Assembly: GCF_001194135.2 (NCBI RefSeq)
Contig: NC_068988.1
Span: 26,158,045-26,222,044, forward strand
Length of the DNA: 64,000 nt
Direction of reading: 5' to 3'
Source of the DNA: Octopus bimaculoides
Lineage: Eukaryota
Under the pieces are notes generated by a model. The model worked only from the letters and a program-made list of their open reading frames with translations, had not been told where the DNA came from and did not search any database. Both the position numbers and the translations under genes were made by a program. Position 1 is the first letter of the stretch; every line of letters starts with the position of its first letter. Shown in pieces: positions 1-11,769 of this stretch.

Positions 1-20
1 AGGTGTGCCAAACGTTATGT

Positions 21-139
21 CAGATATAGTGTGTGCGTGTGTATACGTGTGTGTATGCGTGTGTGTGTGTGTGTGTGTGTGTGTGCATGTGCGTCTGTGT
101 TTATGTGTGTCTGTGTGCGTGCACCCATGTACAATACAA

Positions 140-238
<99 letters not shown>

Positions 239-250
239 CGCGTGTATGTA
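21..250. repeat. (GT)n followed by (TA)n microsatellite, representative of dozens of similar (TA)n, (CA)n, (GA)n, (GATA)n and (CATA)n tracts, many running into N gaps
   Basis: Direct reading. These tracts generate the YI/CV/ER/LSIY pseudo-ORFs in the track. Confidence 0.98.
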
Positions 251-388
251 TATTTATATTAACGTATATATGTATGTTAAGATGTTTTTAACGTGTAGCT
301 GTGTAGCATACATTATGTAAATTCCTATAGCCGTTATTTATGTGGGGGCGTGGAGGCGTAATTCTTTTAGCTATTATCTGATTTTCAG

Positions 389-481
389 ATATGAAGGTAG
401 AAATCACATTATACTTTTTGGAACCAGAACTGAGAAACCAATTAGAGAAAACTATGCCAGTTTGTGCACACTGAACTCGCC
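389..481 (+). CDS. Candidate internal exon, phase 2-2: YEGRNHIILFGTRTEKPIRENYASLCTLNSP
   Basis: attttcag acceptor, 93 nt open, gtaatt donor. Frame-compatible with 3878-3971. No recognised homology. Confidence 0.25.
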
Positions 482-853
482 GTAATTATTTTATTTCTGT
501 TGCTATTATATTTCTATGGACGCTAAAGGGAGTATTTCCAGCAAATAACATTAGTTGCATTCCAAATTTTACTTCCGATAAATCTATATATCTTTTTCTG
601 TTTCTCCTTCTCGCGCATACTTTGTGTTTTCCAGAGAAAGACAGACTGAGATTGACAGCAAAACGTAAACAAAAACTATCTATGGAAATATATAAGGGCT
701 ATCTATATCTACTAATATATATATGTGTTGAAGTGAATCTAACGGATTTTGTGTGTTATTTTAAATGGCTTATAAACACCTTCCACGCTGCAATTGTTTT
801 CGTTCCAGCACACGATCTCAGATCAGGTCACTTGCTATGCAAGTACATCTCCG

Positions 854-888
<35 letters not shown>

Positions 889-3104
889 NNNNNNNNNNNN
901 NNNNNNNNNNNNNNNNNNNNNNNNNNNNNNNNNNNNNNNNNNNNNNNNNNNNNNNNNNNNNNNNNNNNNNNNNNNNNNNNNNNNNNNNNNNNNNNNNNNN
1001 NNNNNNNNNNNNNNNNNNNNNNNNNNNNNNNNNNNNNNNNNNNNNNNNNNNNNNNNNNNNNNNNNNNNNNNNNNNNNNNNNNNNNNNNNNNNNNNNNNNN
1101 NNNNNNNNNNNNNNNNNNNNNNNNNNNNNNNNNNNNNNNNNNNNNNNNNNNNNNNNNNNNNNNNNNNNNNNNNNNNNNNNNNNNNNNNNNNNNNNNNNNN
1201 NNNNNNNNNNNNNNNNNNNNNNNNNNNNNNNNNNNNNNNNNNNNNNNNNNNNNNNNNNNNNNNNNNNNNNNNNNNNNNNNNNNNNNNNNNNNNNNNNNNN
1301 NNNNNNNNNNNNNNNNNNNNNNNNNNNNNNNNNNNNNNNNNNNNNNNNNNNNNNNNNNNNNNNNNNNNNNNNNNNNNNNNNNNNNNNNNNNNNNNNNNNN
1401 NNNNNNNNNNNNNNNNNNNNNNNNNNNNNNNNNNNNNNNNNNNNNNNNNNNNNNNNNNNNNNNNNNNNNNNNNNNNNNNNNNNNNNNNNNNNNNNNNNNN
1501 NNNNNNNNNNNNNNNNNNNNNNNNNNNNNNNNNNNNNNNNNNNNNNNNNNNNNNNNNNNNNNNNNNNNNNNNNNNNNNNNNNNNNNNNNNNNNNNNNNNN
1601 NNNNNNNNNNNNNNNNNNNNNNNNNNNNNNNNNNNNNNNNNNNNNNNNNNNNNNNNNNNNNNNNNNNNNNNNNNNNNNNNNNNNNNNNNNNNNNNNNNNN
1701 NNNNNNNNNNNNNNNNNNNNNNNNNNNNNNNNNNNNNNNNTATATATATAACATTTCGCCACGTGGTTACGCAACAATTAGTACTTGTCTTAAGGGACAT
1801 ATGATATTGTTAATTCTGTCACAGATGTTACGAATTTATTGATGAAAAATGAATCCAATGGTACCAAAACCATTACATAATTAAACATGTTCTATATATT
1901 CTATCAATGCTCACAGGAACTGAGCTATGATTAGTTATATATTAATGTGTTACGCTGGCTGCATTTACGAAGTATTACTGTGGAGATTTTGTCAATCACG
2001 AATGTTTGTGTGTAAGCGAAAAACTATGTTCAGTATTTCATACTGGCAACATCGTTCGTTTCCTTTTCGATATTTGCTAATTCTCTGTTTACCGTTTTAC
2101 TGGGGTCATTCTACCTGATTACACACTCATAAAACGTACACTTGAAACTTTTAGGACCACAAACCCACGAAACTGAACAGGCAATTTATCTAGATCCGTA
2201 TTCAATGTACAGCATAAAACGCTTCTATCATATTAGCAAGTGACAGGTAAAGCCTATCTCCATTACATTGACACGGGTTTGCGGAATATATAAGAGTTTA
2301 GTTTCGCTAACTTTCAATTATGTATACTGATGTTGCATTAAGCACTGTCACGAGAATATTAGTTTAAATAACCTCCTATGCAGCTCTTTTATTGAACTCA
2401 TATGAATTGAATTACTGAGATGTCTTCGAAGTTTCTAGCTTATTGTTGCACGCTTATGTCAAAATGTTAGTTACATGAATTGTATTTCACTAGTGCATTT
2501 ATAAATATCTGTATGTGACGTATGTGCGCACATAGTTTATTATACGCGTGCTGCATCGGTTTCCTACAGAATATTTTATTTTCATATCTATTTTCATTCA
2601 ATTATGTATGTAAATGCTGGAGTGAATATACTGCAATTCAATTACAAATATTTTCTAACTAAGTTTCATGCTATTTCTGGTTGAAGTGCTGCCTTCATGT
2701 TCCATATCTAAACTTCAAATGAGGATGTAAAACCGATTTGCAACAAAGTAGCATAGACAATCTTAATATTGTGATTATGAAGCTCATAATTTCTGATGCA
2801 GTATCAGGCAAATGTATGTGTGAGTATTGATGTGGCTGAATTGCGCTCCAAGCTGAATAAGTTATACAGTACATCTAGCACTTCAAGTATCAACATTAAA
2901 ATACACAACAGATGTCTTGTCGAATAATAAATCAATATTTGTATCAAAATTATCTAAGAACCAAATTAAGCATTGATGATGGAACATCTTAATTGATGGA
3001 GGACATATTTTAACCTGTGTGATCACAAATCTAATCCCAACCATAATGGCAGTTGCTGCTTATTAAGTATATTTGATGTACGTAAATATCGATCTCCACT
3101 TTTG

Positions 3105-3300
3105 GCAGGAGTCCAGCAATTTCGAGGTGGAGAAGAGTCGAGTACATGGGACCCAATGTTCAACTGGCATTTATTTTATCGACGCCGAATTGATGAAAGA
3201 CAGCGATGACCACGGCCGAATTTGAACACAGGACTTAAAAACGGATGCAATGCCGCTAAGCATTTTACCTGGCGTACTAACGTTTCTGCCAGTTCGCCAC
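3105..3300 (-). mobile_element. tRNA-derived SINE, family A (head ggcgaactggcagaaacgttag, central tttcatc..cggcgtcgataaaataa; Meta/MESC-like domain by recollection)
   Basis: Aligns by eye with the many other copies in the window. Confidence 0.8.
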
Positions 3301-3877
3301 TTTAATGTAGATAAATATTAACCACAAGAACTATTATTGGCTTAATGAAATATGTTAAAGACTCTTGATTGGCTAAATTCCTTATCCAAACCTTCCCACA
3401 ACGGATGTTATAAAACTATATTGCTCTTCTGGTTCTCTGGTTTCAGTCTCTGTGCAGTCGATTTTTATTCTATGATCAAATAGGTGCTTGATGAAAAATG
3501 TGGTGTTTCTGTACGACGTTAGGCACGAGGTATGATTAAACTACTATGCCAATAAAACATGCGTTACATGGATTGAAGTACAGTTGCCCCTTAATCTTCC
3601 TTTAACTTGTGACATACGTAACTAATGTTATCTCTTATATTCAAGAATTGGAGCATGTAATATCTTTTTAAAATAGGTCTTAATCTTGTGTTGGAATAGT
3701 TAAATGAGAATACTAATAGCCTATTTATATATTTATTGCTGTTGCTACAATGTAAATAAGCAACCAATTATATGATGAAATAATAATCACGAGCAACCAG
3801 TTGCAATTACTACAAAAATGTACACGAGCGCAAGCGCAAGGACAACCAAAATCTTGAATGTATGTGTATACATACAG

Positions 3878-3971
3878 GCAACCTTTCAATAGTCAAGACT
3901 ATTGTAAAGGTTGCAAGACGCAACGCAAATTTCAGGAAAATAAAAAGAAGGAATACATGGAAATTTTACCG
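3878..3971 (+). CDS. Candidate internal exon: QPFNSQDYCKGCKTQRKFQENKKKEYMEILP
   Basis: catacag acceptor with weak pyrimidine tract, strong G|gtgagt donor, open frame. Confidence 0.3.
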
Positions 3972-4578
3972 GTGAGTGTGTTAAATTATAAGGCACAAAA
4001 AGAAAATAACTCTCCCCAGACAGAACAGGATAAATTTTAAATGATACTGTAATAAAATATTATGCGTAAGAATGTACGGTAGTTATAATTCGGAACGTTT
4101 CTAATTGAAATTGCTTTACTAACAAGATTTGTTCCTGTTTTTAATTGTGATTGATTCGAAAGCATTGTCGTTCGGTAAGGAGTATGCGGGAAAAATGAAA
4201 CTTATCAGTCATATATTACGAAATTCCATTTTATATTCCATTTATCATCGAATTCAAAGAACGTTGATGGTTTCCATGTTCAAATAAATTTTCTAATGAT
4301 CATCCATAGCGCAAGTACTCTATTTATAGAAAAAATTCTCTTTGTCATTTATAAGAAAAAAAATCAGAATGACCCATCTTCAAAGGTGATGCTTCGAATA
4401 TAGCTGACGTGTCCGTCAGTTTCACTGGAGTATTTCCTGCGCAAAATTTTGTATGTTTACGGTTGTTTAATTATATTTCCATTTTTCTTCTTTTGCTTTC
4501 GTTTTTATATTTTTGAGCTGCTCATTGTTGAATGCTCTGGGATAATGAAGTTTAAATAATTATGTTTATTCCTCATAG

Positions 4579-4593
4579 ATTACGATCGTACAG
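4579..4593 (+). CDS. Candidate 15-nt microexon (ITIVQ in phase 0)
   Basis: tttattcctcatag|ATTACGATCGTACAG|gtatgt. Confidence 0.2.
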
Positions 4594-4865
4594 GTATGTG
4601 ATTCAGGAATAGCATTTACTGATAATTTAATATTAAAGATATCCCAGAAGCCTAATTAAATTTGACATCTTTCTTGGGTTTTCCATTTCGTCTTTTACAA
4701 TTTGTCTGAAGTATTTTCTAAAGAACGTGTGCTATAAATAGATATGTATATACTTAAGCTAGCATATATTGGTGTTTCCATCCATGAAACTCACATATCG
4801 ATTTCCTTATCTATCTACCTCTCTTTTTCTCTCTCTCCCTCTCCTTCTCTCTCTCTCTCTCTCTG

Positions 4866-4925
<60 letters not shown>

Positions 4926-5015
4926 NNNNNNNNNNNNNNNNNNNNNNNNNNNNNNNNNNNNNNNNNNNNNNNNNNNNNNNNNNNNNNNNNNNNNNNNNNN
5001 NNNNNNNNNNNNNNN

Positions 5016-5068
<53 letters not shown>

Positions 5069-5436
5069 AGGGCACACATATGCACACGCGCACACAAACA
5101 CACACACAAGCACACACACACACACATATAATATTTATTATATATATGATTATGTGTGTATGTGTGTATGTGTGTGTGTGTGTGTGTATACTGTCTTTTT
5201 TCATCTGTTTCAGTGGTTATGGAAGTGCGGACACGATCGTGCACTTCCTCGTATTCATTAGTCCCCAAAATGACTTACAGTCATTATTTTGAAGCCTGCT
5301 ACTTATTTGATCACGTCATTTTGTTCACAACGCCACCTCCGAACACACAAATATATATGGATCGATTTTGATTACATACGCTATTGATTATATACGCATA
5401 TACATTCATGCACACAGACACACGCATAAAACAAGC

Positions 5437-5507
<71 letters not shown>

Positions 5508-5924
5508 NNNNNNNNNNNNNNNNNNNNNNNNNNNNNNNNNNNNNNNNNNNNNNNNNNNNNNNNNNNNNNNNNNNNNNNNNNNNNNNNNNNNNNNNNNNNN
5601 NNNNNNNNNNNNNNNNNNNNNNNNNNNNNNNNNNNNNNNNNNNNNNNNNNNNNNNNNNNNNNNNNNNNNNNNNNNNNNNNNNNNNNNNNNNNNNNNNNNN
5701 NNNNNNNNNNNNNNNNNNNNNNNNNNNNNNNNNNNNNNNNNNNNNNNNNNNNNNNNNNNNNNNNNNNNNNNNNNNNNNNNNNNNNNNNNNNNNNNNNNNN
5801 NNNNNNNNNNNNNNNNNNNNNNNNNNNNNNNNNNNNNNNNNNNNNNNNNNNNNNNNNNNNNNNNNNNNNNNNNNNNNNNNNNNNNNNNNNNNNNNNNNNN
5901 NNNNNNNNNNNNNNNNNNNNNNNN

Positions 5925-5971
5925 TGGAGAAATACTTCATAGCAAAATTCTCACCAAAACTGAATGGCTGA
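5925..5971 (+). mobile_element. 3' end of a Penelope-like GIY-YIG endonuclease ORF (EKYFIAKFSPKLNG*), emerging from a gap
   Basis: Resembles the E-x-x-x-I-x-x-x-x-P-x-L-N C-terminus of Penelope endonucleases. Only 14 codons are visible. Confidence 0.5.
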
Positions 5972-7101
5972 AACATGCAAATCACAACCCATCTAGGATC
6001 TTCAACTTTGTAACAACAGCCCCCTAAAAAAACGGCAAGAAACCCAGATAGTGGGACATGTTTGTACCAACAAGAATTGAACCCAGTTACCTAGGTTCTC
6101 ATATTTCTCTCCTAACTTAATTTGAACTAACCAGCTGTATAGATATCATCACAATTCCTTCCTTCCGCTTTACACCCCTTTCAGACACACACGCACGCAC
6201 GCACACACACACAAACACACACACACACGCACTCTCTCTACCACTGGGCAATGATACCAAAGAATACCAAGAATTTGTCACAGCAGGAACTGGCCAACTG
6301 TAAACTGTAAGCAGAATCTTTTTCTTCCCTCCCCTTCTCACTGACACACCTTTCAAATACACAGGCACACTCACACGCACACAGACACACACGCATACAT
6401 ACACGCGCGCGCGCGCACGCACACACACATAAAAACGCACCCACACTCTCTTACTAGACAATGACACCAAAGATTCTCTTTGAAAAGCAACTTCAAAACG
6501 ATCACACCTGCTTTTGCCATTCCTTTAAAAGGCTAAAAATAAACTTATCATTGAAAAGAACTAACCAGCTGTGAACCCAATTTTCTTCTTTTCTTTTTTC
6601 CATCGACACACACACACCAACACAAAAAAACACACACACACACACTCTCTCTCTCTCTATCTCAGGTACGTAGATATAGCAAAGAAGTTTTACACGCGTA
6701 ACAAAATTAAAATGTAAATTCATTATCTTAAATTCTTAGTCTTTATCAGTTTTTTTAAGGTTTTAAATGTTCAAGATATATGGTTAGCATAACAGGGATA
6801 ATGTATTAATAAGAGGTAAGCTCCTTTCCATCTGATATGTGGAGTTTGCGTAAACATTAAAATTTCATCGTTGTCACTGAATCCACTTTGTTTACTCAGC
6901 TAATGAGTATTAGTGCAAGATTTTATGCTGCCTTAAGGATATCCTAGAGGATCAATGTGGACAATAATTGTAATATATTTATATATACCAGAGTAAGTAC
7001 ATAAATGTGAAACAAGGTGGGGAAAAAAGCACTCGAATACCAGAAGTAGAGAAATATTATTTATTATTAAAGCTGCGAAAACATCACAAAATATGGCAAA
7101 C

Positions 7102-7142
7102 ACAGCTACTCAGAGTTTCACCTTCCTGTTCGTTGGACAGTT
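7102..7142 (-). ncRNA. Second, inverted degenerate hammerhead motif
   Basis: Reverse complement AACTGT-CCAACGA-ACAGGAAGGT-GAAA-CTCTGAG-TA. GAAA and stem III are intact, G5 is mutated. Confidence 0.45.
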
Positions 7143-7163
7143 GTAATTGAGAATGTCAACCAC

Positions 7164-7205
7164 AACTGTCCGACGAACAAGAACGTGAAGTTCTGAGTAA
7201 CAGTT
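7164..7205 (+). ncRNA. Degenerate minimal type I hammerhead ribozyme motif
   Basis: AACTGT-CCGACGA-ACAAGAACGT-GAAG-TTCTGAG-TA-ACAGTT. Stem I is a perfect 6 bp; core variants are U4C and A15.1G. Confidence 0.55.
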
Positions 7206-7648
7206 TTTTTTTAATACTTTGTGATGTTTTTGCAGCTTTAATAATTAAGCATATGTGTGTGTGTGTGGACATATATGTATGTGTATACATATATATANNN
7301 NNNNNNNNNNNNNNNNNNNNNNNNNNNNNNNNNNNNNNNNNNNNNNNNNNNNNNNNNNNNNNNNNNNNNNNNNNNNNNNNNNNNNNNNNNNNNNNNNNNN
7401 NNNNNNNNNNNNNNNNNNNNNNNNNNNNNNNNNNNNNNNNNNNNNNNNNNNNNNNNNNNNNNNNNNNNNNNNNNNNNNNNNNNNNNNNNNNNNNNNNNNN
7501 NNNNNNNNNNNNNNNNNNNNNNNNNNNNNNNNNNNNNNNNNNNNNNNNNNNNNNNNNNNNNNNNNNNNNNNNNNNNNNNNNNNNNNNNNNNNNNNNNNNN
7601 NNNNNNNNNNNNNNNNNNNNNNNNNNNNNNNNNNNNNNNNNNNNNNNN

Positions 7649-7649
<1 letters not shown>

Positions 7650-7711
<62 letters not shown>

Positions 7712-7963
7712 GGAATAATATAATATATATTAGGATGCATATATGTATAATATATATAGCGCCCACGGGCAAGTTGCAGCGGATTTTCTCCAAGCTGAAA
7801 TCTGTTATGGCCGTGCAGTGTGTAATGTAATGTTAAATACACAAACATACATACAGACAGACAACCAGACAAACTTACAGACAGATGGACAGATAGACAG
7901 ACAGATTAGATAGATACATAGATAGATAGATAGATAGATACATACATACATACATACATACAT

Positions 7964-7994
<31 letters not shown>

Positions 7995-8045
7995 TACATA
8001 CATACATACACACACCCATACATACACACATACATAACCAGACAG
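7650..8045. repeat. (GATA)n/(GACA)n/(CATA)n compound microsatellite
   Basis: Direct reading. Confidence 0.95.
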
Positions 8046-8900
8046 ATACGGGGACACTCACAAATAAGCCTGTCGAAAGGAGGACGCGTGTGTAATTATT
8101 TGATTATATTTTATGAGTATTCGTGATCTATTTGTACACAATGTTTTTTATTTGGCACGCTATAATTGTATAGTTATGAATATGCAACGATTTTAATAGT
8201 TATTTTATGCAAAACATTCAAACTTTAAAAATTTTATGTGAATATTTTTTTTATGATATATAAAGTAAATAAATATTCCAATGTAGTTTTCATTTGTAGA
8301 ACTTCATATTTTGAACTTGATAAACCTTGTGTGTATGCGATTTCTGTTTCTTATATCCTCTGATCTAATATAATGATCATTCAATCGGCTACACATACTA
8401 GCCCGCAAATCAATGCATTAAGATATAATTGCTTGTGCAGTATGCCATACCCATCAGTTGTTTTAACATTAAGTATGCCCACATACATATATGAATATAC
8501 GTGCGCGTATTCGTATATGCGTGTGTGCATCTGTAAGCGCTGTACGGATGAATGTTCAAATTTTTAGCTTCGAAAGTATTAAGCCTTGGTTTTGAATTTG
8601 CCTCGTGATATTTTGCAATCGTGACATTTTGTATAGCTTCGAGTCGCGACTCTTCATATTTATTGTATCTGTAATTCAAAGGAACACTTTTTTCAAACTG
8701 TGTCATGCTAATTTCATCTGTAATCCATAGAAAGCCAGACGTGTTACTCTAAATAATTCAGCATTGTAGTTAAGTATTCGAGAAACGGAACAGCTAAAAG
8801 TCTTAAAATCTGAAAGAATTTTGTACCTTGGTCACTAGTGCCCTTCTCTATCTTTCTTTCCCCCTCTCTCTCTCTCTCTCTTTCCTTCTCTCTCTTTCCC

Positions 8901-8977
<77 letters not shown>

Positions 8978-9597
8978 NNNNNNNNNNNNNNNNNNNNNNN
9001 NNNNNNNNNNNNNNNNNNNNNNNNNNNNNNNNNNNNNNNNNNNNNNNNNNNNNNNNNNNNNNNNNNNNNNNNNNNNNNNNNNNNNNNNNNNNNNNNNNNN
9101 NNNNNNNNNNNNNNNNNNNNNNNNNNNNNNNNNNNNNNNNNNNNNNNNNNNNNNNNNNNNNNNNNNNNNNNNNNNNNNNNNNNNNNNNNNNNNNNNNNNN
9201 NNNNNNNNNNNNNNNNNNNNNNNNNNNNNNNNNNNNNNNNNNNNNNNNNNNNNNNNNNNNNNNNNNNNNNNNNNNNNNNNNNNNNNNNNNNNNNNNNNNN
9301 NNNNNNNNNNNNNNNNNNNNNNNNNNNNNNNNNNNNNNNNNNNNNNNNNNNNNNNNNNNNNNNNNNNNNNNNNNNNNNNNNNNNNNNNNNNNNNNNNNNN
9401 NNNNNNNNNNNNNNNNNNNNNNNNNNNNNNNNNNNNNNNNNNNNNNNNNNNNNNNNNNNNNNNNNNNNNNNNNNNNNNNNNNNNNNNNNNNNNNNNNNNN
9501 NNNNNNNNNNNNNNNNNNNNNNNNNNNNNNNNNNNNNNNNNNNNNNNNNNNNNNNNNNNNNNNNNNNNNNNNNNNNNNNNNNNNNNNNNNNNNNNNN

Positions 9598-9921
9598 GTG
9601 GCTTTTTAAACCAGACAGTGTTTTGAAAAAACACCCACACAGATTGCACCTCTGATTTGCACTACCAATACCTGCAAGTAAGTTCTGCTCATTGTGGATC
9701 CTAACATGTCTTTTAAGACCCCCATTGGATTTGCAAACCCTCTGGCACACACCATATTCAAACGTGTGCACAGACATATAATCAGAATAGCTGGGTGAGG
9801 TTTGTTTTCCATGGGTTCGCAGGTGAGATTTGAGGCCAGCCAAGGACAGACATGGTCTGTCACAGACTGTGCACACAAAAAGGTCCTTGTCATTCACCTT
9901 CTCAGTCTTCACCTTTTTCAT
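9598..9921 (-). CDS. C2H2 zinc-finger array fragment (3 fingers, the third cut by the gap). Could be a host ZNF exon, a pseudogene, or the C-terminus of an RTE-type LINE ORF.
   Basis: CTVCDRPCLSLAGLKSHLRTH; YGVCQRVCKSNGGLKRHVRIH (first Cys changed to Tyr); CNLCGCFFKTLSGLKSH. All have C-x2-C-x12-H spacing with non-TGEKP linkers. Confidence 0.75.
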
Positions 9922-11377
9922 ACATATATATATTCTGTTTGACGTATTTAGCTGTTCTTTGACTATGCATCTGAACCATTGAAAGTGAAAAGATGGGAAA
10001 CAACATGGAGCCTAAGGTTACTAAACAGGGAATCAAATTCACGATACCTAGGTTACTGATCTCATGCTGCCTTTAACTCGGTTATAACTCAGAAGAATTT
10101 ATACACGAAGACTAGCAGTGCTTACGTGCTGAAATGGATTATGGTATATGCTATGTGATATAACATAATTGATTTAATTCCTAATGCCCTCAGCTGTGTA
10201 ATATTTCCGAAAGTTGCACAACTGTAATATATAACGCACATTTCTCAAATACAGGAAAATTTCATATTAATTTTTCATTTCATCCTTATACTGTTCTGAA
10301 CTTTCAAACAATACAGGCTATTGTTTGCCTACTAATTTGCATAATTTACATAAATGTTGAGATGTCTTAAACATTAATTCGGAATGTTAATTATAAATTC
10401 CTATATCATACAACGTATGTCAGATTTAATTAGATATGTCAAAATTAATTAAATTTCTCCTTAAGAAAATGACTACATATTTGCGAAATCACTAATTACA
10501 TATGAATATCTGAAATACTTGTTTACTTTTCATTTCGTTACGTTCAGCTACTTTGTGGTTTTATTTTTTATGCTATTCATAGAGTGAATTGCCATTCTTT
10601 CACAAGACATCTTTCATATCCAAATTAAATGATTGTATACTTTCCATATATAAAGACAGCTAATTAACGCCATATGCATTATATGTTTAACATCAGTTAC
10701 AATACTACCGAGAACATAGAGAACATAGGCATGAGTGGTTGGCGCTTATTTGTGTTCTAATGCCGTTTAAACGCATTCTGGGATAAATCTACTTATTTGA
10801 ACCTAACGCAAATGTTCGCTGCAAGGTTAAATTCCAACTTCAGTTGGTGCATCTGCTAAACAATAAGTTTCTGTCTCTCTCTTGCTCTCTCTCTCTCTCT
10901 CTCTCTCTTTCTTTCTCTCTCTCTTTCTCCTTATATATGTATGTACGTATGTGTATATATATATATATATNNNNNNNNNNNNNNNNNNNNNNNNNNNNNN
11001 NNNNNNNNNNNNNNNNNNNNNNNNNNNNNNNNNNNNNNNNNNNNNNNNNNNNNNNNNNNNNNNNNNNNNNNNNNNNNNNNNNNNNNNNNNNNNNNNNNNN
11101 NNNNNNNNNNNNNNNNNNNNNNNNNNNNNNNNNNNNNNNNNNNNNNNNNNNNNNNNNNNNNNNNNNNNNNNNNNNNNNNNNNNNNNNNNNNNNNNNNNNN
11201 NNNNNNNNNNNNNNNNNNNNNNNNNNNNNNNNNNNNNNNNNNNNNNNNNNNNNNNNNNNNNNNNNNNNNNNNNNNNNNNNNNNNNNNNNNNNNNNNNNNN
11301 NNNNNNNNNNNNNNNNNNNNNNNNNNNNNNNNNNNNNNNNNNNNNNNNNNNNNNNNNNNTATATATATGTATGTATG

Positions 11378-11412
<35 letters not shown>

Positions 11413-11596
11413 GAGAAAGTTTGGAAAGCGATGCAATAACGTGGTGAAACCAGAAATAACAATTTATGAACGAATAAAATGCCGAGATCCACCACTGTTA
11501 TCAATGAGAACCTAAATTATTTATATTTTGACAAATGCTCTAACTATAGAAATAAAAGGGTTAACGTAGCAAACGGAGAACTAAAGACTTCACACT

Positions 11597-11769
11597 TATA
11601 AAACAGTAAAACCAGTCGCCATATCAAAGAGGTAGCTGAATGTTACAACTAGTTTAACCCCAGGCGGATTCTCCACCTGCTGCTCATCGATGCAATCTGT
11701 CTGGGGTTAAAATATTAGTAACATTCAACGGCCAGTTTGATGTAGCGACTGGCTTTATTGTTTAGTATA
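11597..11769. mobile_element. MITE-like fold-back with arms of about 65 bp and a loop of about 37 nt
   Basis: ccagtcgccatatcaaa...tgaatgttac...tttaaccccag versus ctggggttaaa...gtaacattca...tttgatgtagcgactgg. Confidence 0.7.

Larger units (their letters stand above)
7063..7245. mobile_element. Fold-back element of about 183 bp made of two inverted hammerhead-bearing arms
   Basis: Perfect 14-bp termini attattaaagctgc / gcagctttaataat. Arms are complementary over about 80 bp. Confidence 0.8.

Noticed and set aside
6455-6505. Possible degenerate hammerhead near the Penelope tail
   Set aside because: A small stem and GAAA are present but no recognisable CUGANGA core.
8410-8810. Minus-strand frames MTQFEKSVPLNYRY... 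and DFKTFSCSVSRIL...
   Set aside because: No convincing donor, the frame runs into microsatellite, and there is no recognisable motif.
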